Shown piece after piece: positions 16,462 through 26,114 of a DNA stretch of 46,833 nt. The notes beneath the pieces are model-generated. The model was not told where the DNA came from and made no database searches. It was given only the letters and a program-made list of their open reading frames with translations. The stretch's first letter is position 1, and the number at the start of each line of letters is the position of its first letter. The DNA comes from Polyangia bacterium (GTDB lineage Bacteria; Myxococcota_A; Polyangia; Fen-1088), in NCBI GenBank assembly GCA_035648655.1, contig DASRLC010000048.1, positions 1 to 46,833 on the forward strand, given 5' to 3'. Both the position numbers and the translations under genes were made by a program.

Positions 16462-18401
16462 ACACGCGGCTCACCACTCCAAAGGGCGACCCGCTTCGTT
16501 TCGGGCGTGAACTTGGTCGGGGCGGAGAGGGCACGGTGTTCGACCTCGCCGACTACCCGGAGTTCGTAGCGAAGATCTATCACTCGCCGCCGGACCGATC
16601 GAAGGCAGAAAAGCTGGCAGCGATGGCGAACGGCAGCACCGATCGCCTCCGTCGAATCTCCGCCTGGCCTCTGGACACCATTCACGACGCGTCCAGTGGT
16701 GTAGTCCGCGGCTTTGTCATGCAGCGCGTTGCGAGGCAGAAGGACATTCACGTCCTCTACGGCCCGAAGACACGGCTTCGTGACTTCCCGGATGCGACCT
16801 ACCGATTCCTCGTCCACGTGGCGGCGAACCTCGCACGCGCGTTTGCCGTCGTTCACGAGCACGGACACGTGATCGGCGATGTGAACGAGGGCGGCATGTG
16901 CGTGTCAGTGCAGGGCAAGGTTACCCTCGTCGACTGCGACAGCTTCCAGGTGCGCGGTCCGCAGGGTGAATTCACCTGCGATGTAGGCATTCCCATCTAT
17001 CAGCCGCCGGAGCTTCAGAGCGTTCGCAGCTTTCGTGGCGTGGCTCGCACACCGAACTACGACAACTTTGGTCTGGCCGTCCTCGTCTTCCGAACGCTCT
17101 TCCTCGCGCGGCATCCGTTCGTGGGTCTATTTCAAGGCGACGGCGACATGCCCATCGAGCGGGCGATCCGAGAGCTTCGGTTCGCGTATGGCCGCGATGC
17201 GGCTCAACGACAAATGAAGCAGCCCCCCGGCAGCCTCGGCCTTGGGGCTGTTCCGCCTTCGGTCGCTGAGCTGTTCGAGCGAGCTTTCCTTGAGGCAGGC
17301 GCCCAAGGTAACCGACCAGCCGCGATTGAGTGGGTAACGGCCCTCGATGGATTCATATCAGAGTTACGAAAGTGCTCACGGAATCCTGGCCATGAGTATG
17401 CCCCATCCCTGACGCAGTGTCCGCTTTGCGAGATCGAGGGTCGCGCCGGCGTATTACTCTTCTTGCCATCTCACGAGGCCAGCGTCCAGGGGCCGACAGT
17501 CAACATCGACGATATATGGCATGAGATGGTTCCGATAATCGCATCGGCTCGCTTTCCCGTAGTCTCCCGTGCGAGCGTACCAGCCCTTCCACCGCCCGAT
17601 AGCGTCGTGGAGTTCAAGCGACGACAATTGCGGGCCTCAACGATTTTGTGGGTCGGCATTGGCGTGTCGGTCCTGCTGGCGATGATTTGGAACCCTGTTG
17701 CCCTTGCGGGTGTCGTGGTCTTTCCCGCTCTCGCGCTCGTTGTACGCGGACGTCCACCCGACGAGGCACGGAACGTAGGCAAACGACTGTCCGCCGCGCA
17801 GGAGCGGTTCAACGCGATTCTTCGCCACGTCGAGAGGGAGCGAGCCATTAGCGCCCTACCCGGGCTCGAAGCCAGGGCCGAGGCACTGTACCGGGGGCTC
17901 CGAAATTTCCCACAGCGCCGGTCAGACCGCCTTGAGCAGATGGAGCACGGCCGCTTCGAGCGTCAGATGCGCCGCTTCCTTGACCAGTTCCAAGTGGAGG
18001 ACGCTCGCCTGAAGGGTTTCGGTCGGAGTCTATTCACAACGCTCGAGTCGTACGGAGTCACGACGGCTGACGATGTCACCGAGGCAAGGCTGACAGTAAT
18101 CCGTGGCTTCGGGCCTAAGCGAAAATCTGCGCTTCTCGACTGGCGTCGAACCATCGAAGCCAGGTTCAAGTTCAATCCATCCGACCCAGCAAACGCGCAG
18201 GAGCGGATTGGCGTCGAACGAGAACTTCAACTCGAGTACGCGATGGAGGTCGCCGAACTTCGACGTCTCGCGGAGCAGATCAAGGGCCATGCCGGCCCTC
18301 TTTGCCAGCGTATCGCGGCGCTCAACGGGGAGCTCGGGCAGGCAAAGCAGGAACTAGCGACAGTGCAGGCCGCGGCCGCGGCACTCGGCAAGGCAGCGTA
18401 A
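16458..18401 (+). CDS. Ser/Thr protein kinase with two predicted TM helices and a C-terminal helix-hairpin-helix region (TerY-P triad component)
   Basis: Gly-loop GRGGEGTV, catalytic Lys in VAKIY, catalytic loop HVIGDVNEGG, then LVDCDSF. Hydrophobic stretch ILWVGIGVSVLLAMIWNPVALAGVVVFPALALVV. HhH-like VIRGFGPKRKSALL. The start overlaps the PP2C stop codon (ATGA). Confidence 0.85.
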   Translation: MNTRLTTPKGDPLRFGRELGRGGEGTVFDLADYPEFVAKIYHSPPDRSKAEKLAAMANGSTDRLRRISAWPLDTIHDASSGVVRGFVMQRVARQKDIHVLYGPKTRLRDFPDATYRFLVHVAANLARAFAVVHEHGHVIGDVNEGGMCVSVQGKVTLVDCDSFQVRGPQGEFTCDVGIPIYQPPELQSVRSFRGVARTPNYDNFGLAVLVFRTLFLARHPFVGLFQGDGDMPIERAIRELRFAYGRDAAQRQMKQPPGSLGLGAVPPSVAELFERAFLEAGAQGNRPAAIEWVTALDGFISELRKCSRNPGHEYAPSLTQCPLCEIEGRAGVLLFLPSHEASVQGPTVNIDDIWHEMVPIIASARFPVVSRASVPALPPPDSVVEFKRRQLRASTILWVGIGVSVLLAMIWNPVALAGVVVFPALALVVRGRPPDEARNVGKRLSAAQERFNAILRHVERERAISALPGLEARAEALYRGLRNFPQRRSDRLEQMEHGRFERQMRRFLDQFQVEDARLKGFGRSLFTTLESYGVTTADDVTEARLTVIRGFGPKRKSALLDWRRTIEARFKFNPSDPANAQERIGVERELQLEYAMEVAELRRLAEQIKGHAGPLCQRIAALNGELGQAKQELATVQAAAAALGKAA

Positions 18402-18403
18402 CT

Positions 18404-18661
18404 ATGTGGCGAAAGCTACCTCCTAGTGTTCAGGAAGTCGTCTCGGCGATCTGCGACGGTGCCGCGGGGATCTTGCAGCAGAATCTCTTCCTCGGACGTG
18501 GCGATCTGGCCCGGGAGAAGGCGCGGATATTCGGCAGCGTACGGATGGGCACGAACGTCGTCGTTGTCGCGGCCGTCAATACCCGCACCGACCTGATTGT
18601 GTTGCACGCCCTGAGCGCCGCCGACGGTAGCCAAATGACTTGGAAGGGCGTGGCAGCATGA
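18404..18661 (+). CDS. Hypothetical small protein (85 aa) linking the kinase and helicase genes
   Basis: ATG lies 2 nt after the kinase stop codon. Its own stop overlaps the helicase start. No recognisable motif. Confidence 0.45.
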   Translation: MWRKLPPSVQEVVSAICDGAAGILQQNLFLGRGDLAREKARIFGSVRMGTNVVVVAAVNTRTDLIVLHALSAADGSQMTWKGVAA

Positions 18662-21537
18662 TGCATCCCATCCAGAGGCGCTTCGAGGCGGAAGACCTGG
18701 TCCGCCGTCGCCGGTCCGACGAACAAGCCCGAACCGCTTCCTCGCAGCGCCAGGGCCGGATCGATCCGAACCCGCACCAGATCGACGCGGTTATGTTCGC
18801 GCTCGGTCGGATCCCCGAGGGCGGCTGCATTCTCGCCGACGAGGTCGGCCTCGGGAAGACGATCGAAGCGGGACTGGTCCTCGCACAACTCCGCGCGGAG
18901 GGAAAGCGGCGACTTCTTATCATCGTGCCCAAGCCTTTGCTCGGCCAGTGGCAGAACGAGCTTTTCACACTGTTTGGGATCGAGGCCCGGGTTGGCAGCG
19001 CGCGTCCCGATGGGTTCGACGGCACAGGCGTGTTCATCGTCGGACGGGAGCTGGCGGGTACAGAGACTGTCTCGAGCATCCTGGCGAACGGTGAGCCGTT
19101 CGATCTCGTCGTCATCGACGAGGCACATGAACTCTTCGCCGGCATCTATCGCCGCTATGACCGGCGCGGAGACTACCGGGAGGAGTCGAAGGTCGCGCTT
19201 ATCGCGCAGCGGATACGTGACGCGATCGGCCCCGCACCGGTGCTGCTGCTAACGGCCACTCCGATTCAGAACTCGCTCGCCGAGCTCTGGGGACTCGTCC
19301 AGTACGTGGAACGGACGGGAACGCTACTGGGCAGCCTGGATACCTTCCGCAAGGTCTTCTGCCCGGGCGACGAAGCGATGATCGCGGAGGGTCAGGACGA
19401 CGAGCTTCGCAGGCGCATGTCCTCGGTCTGCCAGCGCACGCTGCGCCGGCAGGCGGAGGAGTTCCTCGAGCGACCGTTCGCTAAGCGCCTCTGCCGGCTG
19501 TTTAAGTACACGATGGACCCCGACGAACGTGCGCTCTACGAGGACGTGACTCGCTGGCTGCTGGAGCCCGATCTCGTCGCGTTTTCTGGGGGCTCGCGAC
19601 ATCTGCTCCTCCTCGGGTTCCACCGACGGATGGCGTCGTCGACGGCGGCGCTTGCCGCCAGCCTTGAGCGCGTCTGCGCACGTCTCGATTACATCGTGCG
19701 CGGTGAGCCGGTCGAGGACGTCGCGGTCCGAGAGTTCCTCGCCGATCTGGAAGAGGACGAAGAGGACATCGAGCCGGAGGTCGCCGCTGCCTCAGCCGCC
19801 CAAGCCGATTCTGGGCGTGCCCGCATCGTGCTCGAGCGGGTGCGCACATTCGCGGGCCGCGCGCGCCGCCTGGGACCGGGCGCGAAGGCCGGGGCACTTC
19901 TGCAAGCGTTAAAGCAGCTTGGGGAGCGCAAGGTGCTCGTCTTCACGGAATCCATTGCCACGCAGGACTTCCTGTTCGAGCTGCTCGTCGCCAATGGATT
20001 CGCGCCAACGGATGTAACGCTCTTCCGCGGTACGAACGACTCTCCGCGGGCCACGCAAGCCCTCGAGTGGTGGCTGAGGGAAAATTCTGCGCGAGAGAAG
20101 GTCGGTCGCGACATCGCTGTGCGCCTCGCCCTAGTTCACGAATTCAAGAATCGTTCCCGGGTGATGATCGCGACGGAAGCTGGCGCCAAGGGCCTGAACC
20201 TCCAATTCTGCGACGTGGTGGTGAACTATGATCTTCCCTGGAACCCACAGCGGATCGAGCAACGCATCGGCCGCTGCCATCGCTACGGCCAGGAGCACGA
20301 CATCGTCACCGTCGTGAACTTCATCTCTACCGACAATGAGGCCGACCAACTCACGTTCGAGATTCTCGCACGGAAGCTGGACCTGTTCGGGCGTGTGCTC
20401 GACGCTTCGGACCACGTCCTGCATGAGCCGGCTACCGATGCGCCCGAGGCGATCGCTGGCTCGCTCGGCCTTGCTGTCGAGCGCGAGCTGGAGCGAATCC
20501 ACGAACAAGCGCGGTCCAAGGAGCAGCTCGTGCGCGAGCTCGAAGGTCTGCGCGACGACGTGGACGGTCGCCGCCGAACGGTCGAAGACGGATGGCATCG
20601 CGCGGCGAGTCTCATCCAGAGCCGGCTCGACGAGGACGTGCAGCGCGTCTTCCGCCGGATCCGCGACGCCCTCCCGGAGAGCCTCGCCGGCGTGGATCGC
20701 GCGGTTGAGCGTGTCGTTTCCGCGTATCTCGAGGCGCGCTCCATTCCACACCACCGCAGCGAGAAGGACGGACGGATCCTTCTCGACGTCGACGGCGCAC
20801 GATTAGTGATTGGCAGCGCCAAGGGGTTCGAGGGCGCTGAGCCGTTGCACCTCGGGCACTCCTTGGTTGGGGAGGCCATCGAGGATGCCCGCCGCGTCAG
20901 CGCCGAAGTGAAGGGGATTCTGGTCATCCCGACGAATGCCTCGCGGAGGGTACGCGAGCTTCACGGCCGGCGCGGACGCCTGGTCATTGCGAAGGTGGCC
21001 TACGCTGGGTTCGAGCCTGTCGATCGACTGATCGTCTTGGCTGCATCTGAGCGGCGCATGCTCGATAGCGAGCTGGCGAGGGAGCTCGTCACGCTTCCGA
21101 TGGAGTCTACCCCCTCAGACATTCCAGCGGACACTCCGGACGAGTTAATTGAAGATGCCATAGACGAGGCTGTCTTCCTCGATCAGGAGGAGGTCGAAGC
21201 CGGCGAGCGCACACGGTTCGATGCGGCGCTCGCTCGCCTTGAGCGCTCGGTGGAAGACCGCATGCTCATTCTGCGGCGTCGCCTTTCGGAGCTTGAGCAA
21301 AGGAAGGGAAACGCCCTGGCTGAGCGAAATCGGGCGCTCTCGGTCGAGGCACGCGAAGGAGCAGAGCGCACCCTGGGGAAGCTTGAAGAGGAAGGTTCCG
21401 AGCTCGAGATGGCGCTGGTCGAGATGGAGCAGCGCACCGAGGAGGCGTACCGCACGCGGCGCGAGTCGCTCACGCTTCGCCGCGCGCCGGCTCCCTCGGT
21501 TGAACGACTCGTGGACGTCAAGTTCGAGATCTCATGA
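18658..21537 (+). CDS. SNF2-family helicase with a long C-terminal extension of unknown function
   Basis: Motif I ADEVGLGKT, motif II VVIDEAHE, motif III LLLTATPIQNSLAELW, motif VI QRIGRCHRYGQ. The C-terminal roughly 370 aa carries no recognised domain and ends in a coiled coil. The start is taken at the ATG at 18658; 18640 is an alternative. Confidence 0.9.
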   Translation: MMHPIQRRFEAEDLVRRRRSDEQARTASSQRQGRIDPNPHQIDAVMFALGRIPEGGCILADEVGLGKTIEAGLVLAQLRAEGKRRLLIIVPKPLLGQWQNELFTLFGIEARVGSARPDGFDGTGVFIVGRELAGTETVSSILANGEPFDLVVIDEAHELFAGIYRRYDRRGDYREESKVALIAQRIRDAIGPAPVLLLTATPIQNSLAELWGLVQYVERTGTLLGSLDTFRKVFCPGDEAMIAEGQDDELRRRMSSVCQRTLRRQAEEFLERPFAKRLCRLFKYTMDPDERALYEDVTRWLLEPDLVAFSGGSRHLLLLGFHRRMASSTAALAASLERVCARLDYIVRGEPVEDVAVREFLADLEEDEEDIEPEVAAASAAQADSGRARIVLERVRTFAGRARRLGPGAKAGALLQALKQLGERKVLVFTESIATQDFLFELLVANGFAPTDVTLFRGTNDSPRATQALEWWLRENSAREKVGRDIAVRLALVHEFKNRSRVMIATEAGAKGLNLQFCDVVVNYDLPWNPQRIEQRIGRCHRYGQEHDIVTVVNFISTDNEADQLTFEILARKLDLFGRVLDASDHVLHEPATDAPEAIAGSLGLAVERELERIHEQARSKEQLVRELEGLRDDVDGRRRTVEDGWHRAASLIQSRLDEDVQRVFRRIRDALPESLAGVDRAVERVVSAYLEARSIPHHRSEKDGRILLDVDGARLVIGSAKGFEGAEPLHLGHSLVGEAIEDARRVSAEVKGILVIPTNASRRVRELHGRRGRLVIAKVAYAGFEPVDRLIVLAASERRMLDSELARELVTLPMESTPSDIPADTPDELIEDAIDEAVFLDQEEVEAGERTRFDAALARLERSVEDRMLILRRRLSELEQRKGNALAERNRALSVEAREGAERTLGKLEEEGSELEMALVEMEQRTEEAYRTRRESLTLRRAPAPSVERLVDVKFEIS

Positions 21538-22694
21538 GTGGGGAGGACGACGTGGCATTCCGATTGCTGCACACCGCCGACTGGCATCTAGGCAAACGTT
21601 TCCCGTCATTCGACGAGTCCGCGGAGAAGGACCTTCGCCGCGCCCGGCTCGATGTCCTCAGCGAGGTCTTCGCCGCCGCCACGCGCAACGTCGTCGATGC
21701 GGTCCTTTGTGCAGGCGATCTCTTCGATGAGCCTAATCCGCCCGCGGACTGGTGGCGTGGGCTCCTGCACATCCTGAGACGGTTGCCGTCGGGCTTTCCG
21801 CCCGTCTTCCTACTTCCAGGAAACCACGACCCCCTGCTGTCCGACTCCGTGTGGATGACTGGACACCCCTTCAGGGCCGGTCTTCCGGGCTTCGTGCGAG
21901 TCGTCGAGCGCGAGGATTTCCGCGAGGAGATCAAGCCAGGGCTGGTGCTCTACGCTGTCCCCTGCTTTTTGAAAGCGGGAGCAGACGATCCGGTCGACAA
22001 GATTCCCCCACGGATGCCTGGCGATGAGTCGGTGCGCGTGGGCCTCGTGCACGGGACAACGTTCGACCTCGCGAACTGCGAGATCCACTTTCCGATCCGC
22101 GCCGGTGGCGCCCGCGCTCGCGGGCTCGACTATCTCGCAATAGGCGACACGCACGGCTACCGTGTGGTGCAGGACGATCCGCCGGTGGTCTACCCTGGGG
22201 CCCCGGAACCGACGGCGTTCGACGAGATCGACGCTGGGCATGTGGTCCTCGTCTGCTTCACGCGAACTCGTGGACGCCCACACCTGCGGAAGGTTCCAGT
22301 CGCGCGCTGGAAATGGCGGTATGAAACGATTCGCGACCTGGGCACGCTGCGGGCGCTCGCCGCCGATGACCTGCACGCGACGGTCCTCCGCATCGCGTTT
22401 GACCTCGACGTCGACCTCCGGGAAAGAGACGAGATAGAGCGCATCCTCGACGGTCTCGCTGGGAACGAGGCCCAACATAGCCGAGTGGGCGTCCTCGACG
22501 CTGACCGAGCGGGTATCCGCATCCGGATTAGCTCGGTTGCCGGTGCATTTCCGCCCAACCTGCCACCCGTGTTGCAAACCGTCGTCGACAACTTACAAGC
22601 GATCGCTGCGGACCGTGATCCAGATGCGGCGCGACGCGCACGGATCGCGCTGTACAAGCTCTCGGCCCTTACCCAGCCACGGAGCCCACGCTGA
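21534..22694 (+). CDS. SbcD/Mre11-like metallophosphoesterase nuclease
   Basis: Calcineurin-fold motifs LHTADWHLG, CAGDLFD, LPGNHD, LVHG and IGDTHG. The start overlaps the helicase stop codon (ATGA). Confidence 0.85.
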   Translation: MSGEDDVAFRLLHTADWHLGKRFPSFDESAEKDLRRARLDVLSEVFAAATRNVVDAVLCAGDLFDEPNPPADWWRGLLHILRRLPSGFPPVFLLPGNHDPLLSDSVWMTGHPFRAGLPGFVRVVEREDFREEIKPGLVLYAVPCFLKAGADDPVDKIPPRMPGDESVRVGLVHGTTFDLANCEIHFPIRAGGARARGLDYLAIGDTHGYRVVQDDPPVVYPGAPEPTAFDEIDAGHVVLVCFTRTRGRPHLRKVPVARWKWRYETIRDLGTLRALAADDLHATVLRIAFDLDVDLRERDEIERILDGLAGNEAQHSRVGVLDADRAGIRIRISSVAGAFPPNLPPVLQTVVDNLQAIAADRDPDAARRARIALYKLSALTQPRSPR

Positions 22695-25600
22695 TGGAGC
22701 TCGTCTCGCTGGACATCGAGCGCTTCGGCCGCATCGCGCGCGCGGGAATCGGGTTCAAGCCGGGACTGAACGTGCTGCACGGCGCGAACGAGGCCGGGAA
22801 ATCGTCAATCGCCCAGGCGATCCGGTTCGCTCTTTTGCTCCCATCGTCGTCCAGCGCGGCCGAGCCGTGGATCCCCTGGGGCGGCGGCGGCGACCCGATG
22901 GTGACCCTCGTGTTCAGGAATGGGGCCGACTACTACCGGGTGACGAAAGTGTTTGGCACGAGCACCGCGTCGCTTGAGCGATCGTCGGATGGCAGCGGAT
23001 GGGCGAATCCAACTCGCGGCCGCGAAGTTGAAGCTCGGTTACGCTCGCTGCTTCAATGGGGGATTCCCGAGCCCGGCGGCGCGAAGGCGCCGAAGGGCCT
23101 GCCCGAGAGCTTCCTCGCGAGCGCCTTACTCGCCGACCAGGACCACGTGGCCAATATCTTCGAACAGGATCTCGATGGAGACGGCGTCGATTCCGGGCGG
23201 GTGCGCGTGCGCGCCGCGCTGCAGGCAATGGCACAAGATCCACTCTTCAAGTCAGTGCTCGATGCGGCCCAAGCGCGCGTGGATGAGGCGTTTACGTCGA
23301 ACGGCGGGCGTAAGCGGGGGGCAGGTGACCCGTTCAAGAAGATGGCAGAGGAGGTCGCCAAACGGCAGCGAGAACGGGATGAGGCCGAGCAAGCCGTCAC
23401 CACCGGTCGGGTGCCAGCGCAGCGGGTCAAGGATCTCCGGCGCGACACCGCCCAGGCAGAGAGCGATCTTCACGAGAAAGCCGCCCAGCGGGAGGCACTT
23501 GAGCGCAGACGCGCTCGGCAAATTACGCTCGCTAAGGCGGCTGATGAACGGAAGAAGGGGCAAGCACGCGTCGACGCAGTGACTGAGGCCGAGAAGAACG
23601 TGAAGGCGGCCGACGACGTACTTGACGACGTCAAGTCCAGCCTTGCGGTCCTGCGAAAGGCAGAGGAGGATGCGCGCCAGGCGCTCGAGGCCGAGACTGC
23701 TTTCGCCTCGGCGGCCAGGGAAAGGCGCAAGGGAGAGCTTGCACAGGAGGAGGCGGGGATCCTCCGGGAGCGCGACGCGCTTCGCACGAGACAAGCGCGC
23801 CTCGCCCTGGCACACGATCTCCGCAAGGCAGGCGACCTTCACCAGCAGGGCGAGGCGATCGAGAAGACGCTGAAGACTCTCGACAGCGAAATCGTGGCGC
23901 TAGAGGCTGTGGAGCCCTGGACCGAACTCCAGACCACCAAGGTGTCGCTCGAGACGGCGATTCAGCGCGAAGCGACCATTGTTGATCTTCTGACCAAGGC
24001 GACGGAATTGCGGTCGGAAGCGGCAACTGAGTGGCCGGCCTCGAGTTCGAATCGGCTTCCGGATGGTAAGCGTCTAGACGAACTCCGCGGCCTGTGCCAC
24101 AGGCTCGATCTGGCGGAGGCCAAGTTGGACGTCGGCCTTTCGGTCGAGGTGCGCGGAGCACCAGCTGCTTTGGTGTCCGTTGACGGTGCCGCGAAAAAGG
24201 CGCAGACATCGCCTTTCGCAGTCCAAGCCCAGAAGGCTGCCGAACTTGACTTTGGCGGTGGCATCGAGGTCGTTATCCGTGGCGGTCAGGCTGCCCACCG
24301 TGCGGAGGCCGAGCGGCTGCACAAGGAATGGCACGACGGGACAAAGTCGTTGTTCGCGAGCGTCGGTGTTACCGACTTTCTTCGGCTCGAAGACGCATGT
24401 CGGCTGGACGCCGAGAAGAAGGCGCGCGCAGAGACCCTGATGGGCGAAGCGGCCAAGGTCGATGCGGAGCGAACTGCTTTGGGGAATCCGGCAGGAGAGA
24501 GAGTCCGGTTTGTCGAGCGAATCGCAGACCTGGAGGGCCGCATCCAAGGAACCGGTACCAGCCTGATCGAAGCGGCCGCGAAGGCGCATGGTTCCAAGCC
24601 GCGGGCGGCTCTCAGCAAGAGGATCGCCGAGCGCGAGTCAAAGCGGTCGGAGCTTGCGCAGCTCCGGGGCCAGGAGTCTGCTTTGCGGGAGCGCTCGGCA
24701 CCGAGCGCGGATGGAACGGTCATCGAAGATGTGGATGCTGAGGCGAGGGCCCTAGCGCGAGCAGCGCAAGATCTCGATAGGCGCGAAAGGGAGATCGACG
24801 GGAAGCGCACGGTTCTAGATGGGCCGCCGCTCGAGAGCAGCGCGCTTGACGAAGTGGCTAAAAAGTCGAAGCAGGCTTTGGAGGTGGCGCTCGCTACGAT
24901 CGTAACCGCGACCAGCGATCACGACAGCTGGAGCGCCCGACTGCAGGAGCGGCGTATGGGATCGGCCAACGTAGACATCACGGCGCTCACGAGGGAAGAG
25001 GAAGCCGCGCGTACGGCCAGCAGCAACGACGGTGCTCTCGTCGAGGAGTCGGCGCTCGCCGAAGCACGAAACGCCGAGGAGACCGCGAGGATCCATCACG
25101 AAGGGCTTCTCGGCGAACTCCGGAAGGCTGAGGGCGCCCTTCAAGCGTGCGGTGGTGCCGCCGCCGATGAAAAGCTACGCGAGCTGGAGGATGCACTGCA
25201 GCGCGCGTGTGAAAAGCAGGCGACTGTGGAGGACGAGTACGAGGCCTGGAAGCTGCTCGCCGAGACGCTGAAGGATGCCGAGCGCACTCAGGCGACGCAC
25301 CTCGGGAACGTGCTCGCCCCCGAGCTCGCTGCCCGCTTACAGGCCCTCGCCGGCGAGCGGTATAGCGGGATCGCGCTCTCGCCACATCTCCGCTTGGAAG
25401 GAATCGATGCTTCTGGGGGACAGCGCGAGCTCGAACGGTTGTCGATCGGCACGCGCGAGCAGATCTCGACGTTGTTCCGCCTATGTCTCGCCGAGCGCTT
25501 ACGGTCCGCATTGCTCCTCGACGATCAGCTGGTGCAGAGCGACCCCGATCGTCTTCGCTGGTTCCGCCGCGCGCTCCGGCAGACGGCCGCGACGGGCGTA

Positions 25601-25699
25601 CAGGTAGTGGTGCTGACGTGCCGTCCCGACGACTACCTCGAGTCGGCCGAGACGCCGCCGCCCCACGTAATCGATCTCGGCACGGTAATCACCGTCTGA
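22694..25699 (+). CDS. SbcC/Rad50-like (YhaN-type) SMC-family ATPase without a CxxC hook
   Basis: N-terminal Walker A GANEAGKSS. A coiled coil of about 800 aa rich in Ala/Glu/Arg. C-terminal signature-like LSIGTREQ and Walker B ALLLDDQLVQSD. No CxxC is present anywhere in the coiled coil. The start overlaps the SbcD-like stop codon. Confidence 0.85.
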   Translation: MELVSLDIERFGRIARAGIGFKPGLNVLHGANEAGKSSIAQAIRFALLLPSSSSAAEPWIPWGGGGDPMVTLVFRNGADYYRVTKVFGTSTASLERSSDGSGWANPTRGREVEARLRSLLQWGIPEPGGAKAPKGLPESFLASALLADQDHVANIFEQDLDGDGVDSGRVRVRAALQAMAQDPLFKSVLDAAQARVDEAFTSNGGRKRGAGDPFKKMAEEVAKRQRERDEAEQAVTTGRVPAQRVKDLRRDTAQAESDLHEKAAQREALERRRARQITLAKAADERKKGQARVDAVTEAEKNVKAADDVLDDVKSSLAVLRKAEEDARQALEAETAFASAARERRKGELAQEEAGILRERDALRTRQARLALAHDLRKAGDLHQQGEAIEKTLKTLDSEIVALEAVEPWTELQTTKVSLETAIQREATIVDLLTKATELRSEAATEWPASSSNRLPDGKRLDELRGLCHRLDLAEAKLDVGLSVEVRGAPAALVSVDGAAKKAQTSPFAVQAQKAAELDFGGGIEVVIRGGQAAHRAEAERLHKEWHDGTKSLFASVGVTDFLRLEDACRLDAEKKARAETLMGEAAKVDAERTALGNPAGERVRFVERIADLEGRIQGTGTSLIEAAAKAHGSKPRAALSKRIAERESKRSELAQLRGQESALRERSAPSADGTVIEDVDAEARALARAAQDLDRREREIDGKRTVLDGPPLESSALDEVAKKSKQALEVALATIVTATSDHDSWSARLQERRMGSANVDITALTREEEAARTASSNDGALVEESALAEARNAEETARIHHEGLLGELRKAEGALQACGGAAADEKLRELEDALQRACEKQATVEDEYEAWKLLAETLKDAERTQATHLGNVLAPELAARLQALAGERYSGIALSPHLRLEGIDASGGQRELERLSIGTREQISTLFRLCLAERLRSALLLDDQLVQSDPDRLRWFRRALRQTAATGVQVVVLTCRPDDYLESAETPPPHVIDLGTVITV

Positions 25700-25803
25700 A
25701 AAGCTGGCCGTTGTTTCTTTCGTCGTGCCGACGGAATATCGGCAAAATTCTCCATGAAGGTCGCGAGGGGAATGCGGCACGCCGACGTCGCGGGGAGAAG
25801 AAG

Positions 25804-26073
25804 TTGACCGCGCCCGTCGGGGCGGCGCCGGGCGAGCCGAAGATCCCTCGGCTAGTGATTGAGCGCTTTCGCGGTATCTTGTCGCTCAGCTGGAACCCCG
25901 GAGCCGCCGTGAAGGTGATTCTCGGAGGTGGCGACGCTGCAGCGGCGCCTCCCGCGAAGTGGGTACTTCGGTCTTTAGTTGACAGAACCATTAATATCAA
26001 CAAAACCCACATGATTCAAAGAGTTAAGTTGCGCACGAAGTTGTCGCGGGCCGATCACAATCTCTCTCTATAG
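25804..26073 (+). pseudogene. Possible remnant of an AAA/OLD-type ATPase N-terminus
   Basis: IPRLVIERFRGILSLSWNPGAAVKVILGGGD matches the beta-strand lead-in to a Walker A loop. The GxxGKS motif itself is replaced by GGGDAAAAPP. The reading frame then runs into AT-rich sequence, and only a TTG start is available. Confidence 0.25.
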
Positions 26074-26114
26074 AGCCTGGGCTGGACCTAGGTTCGGAAA
26101 GGAGGACCCAACCC

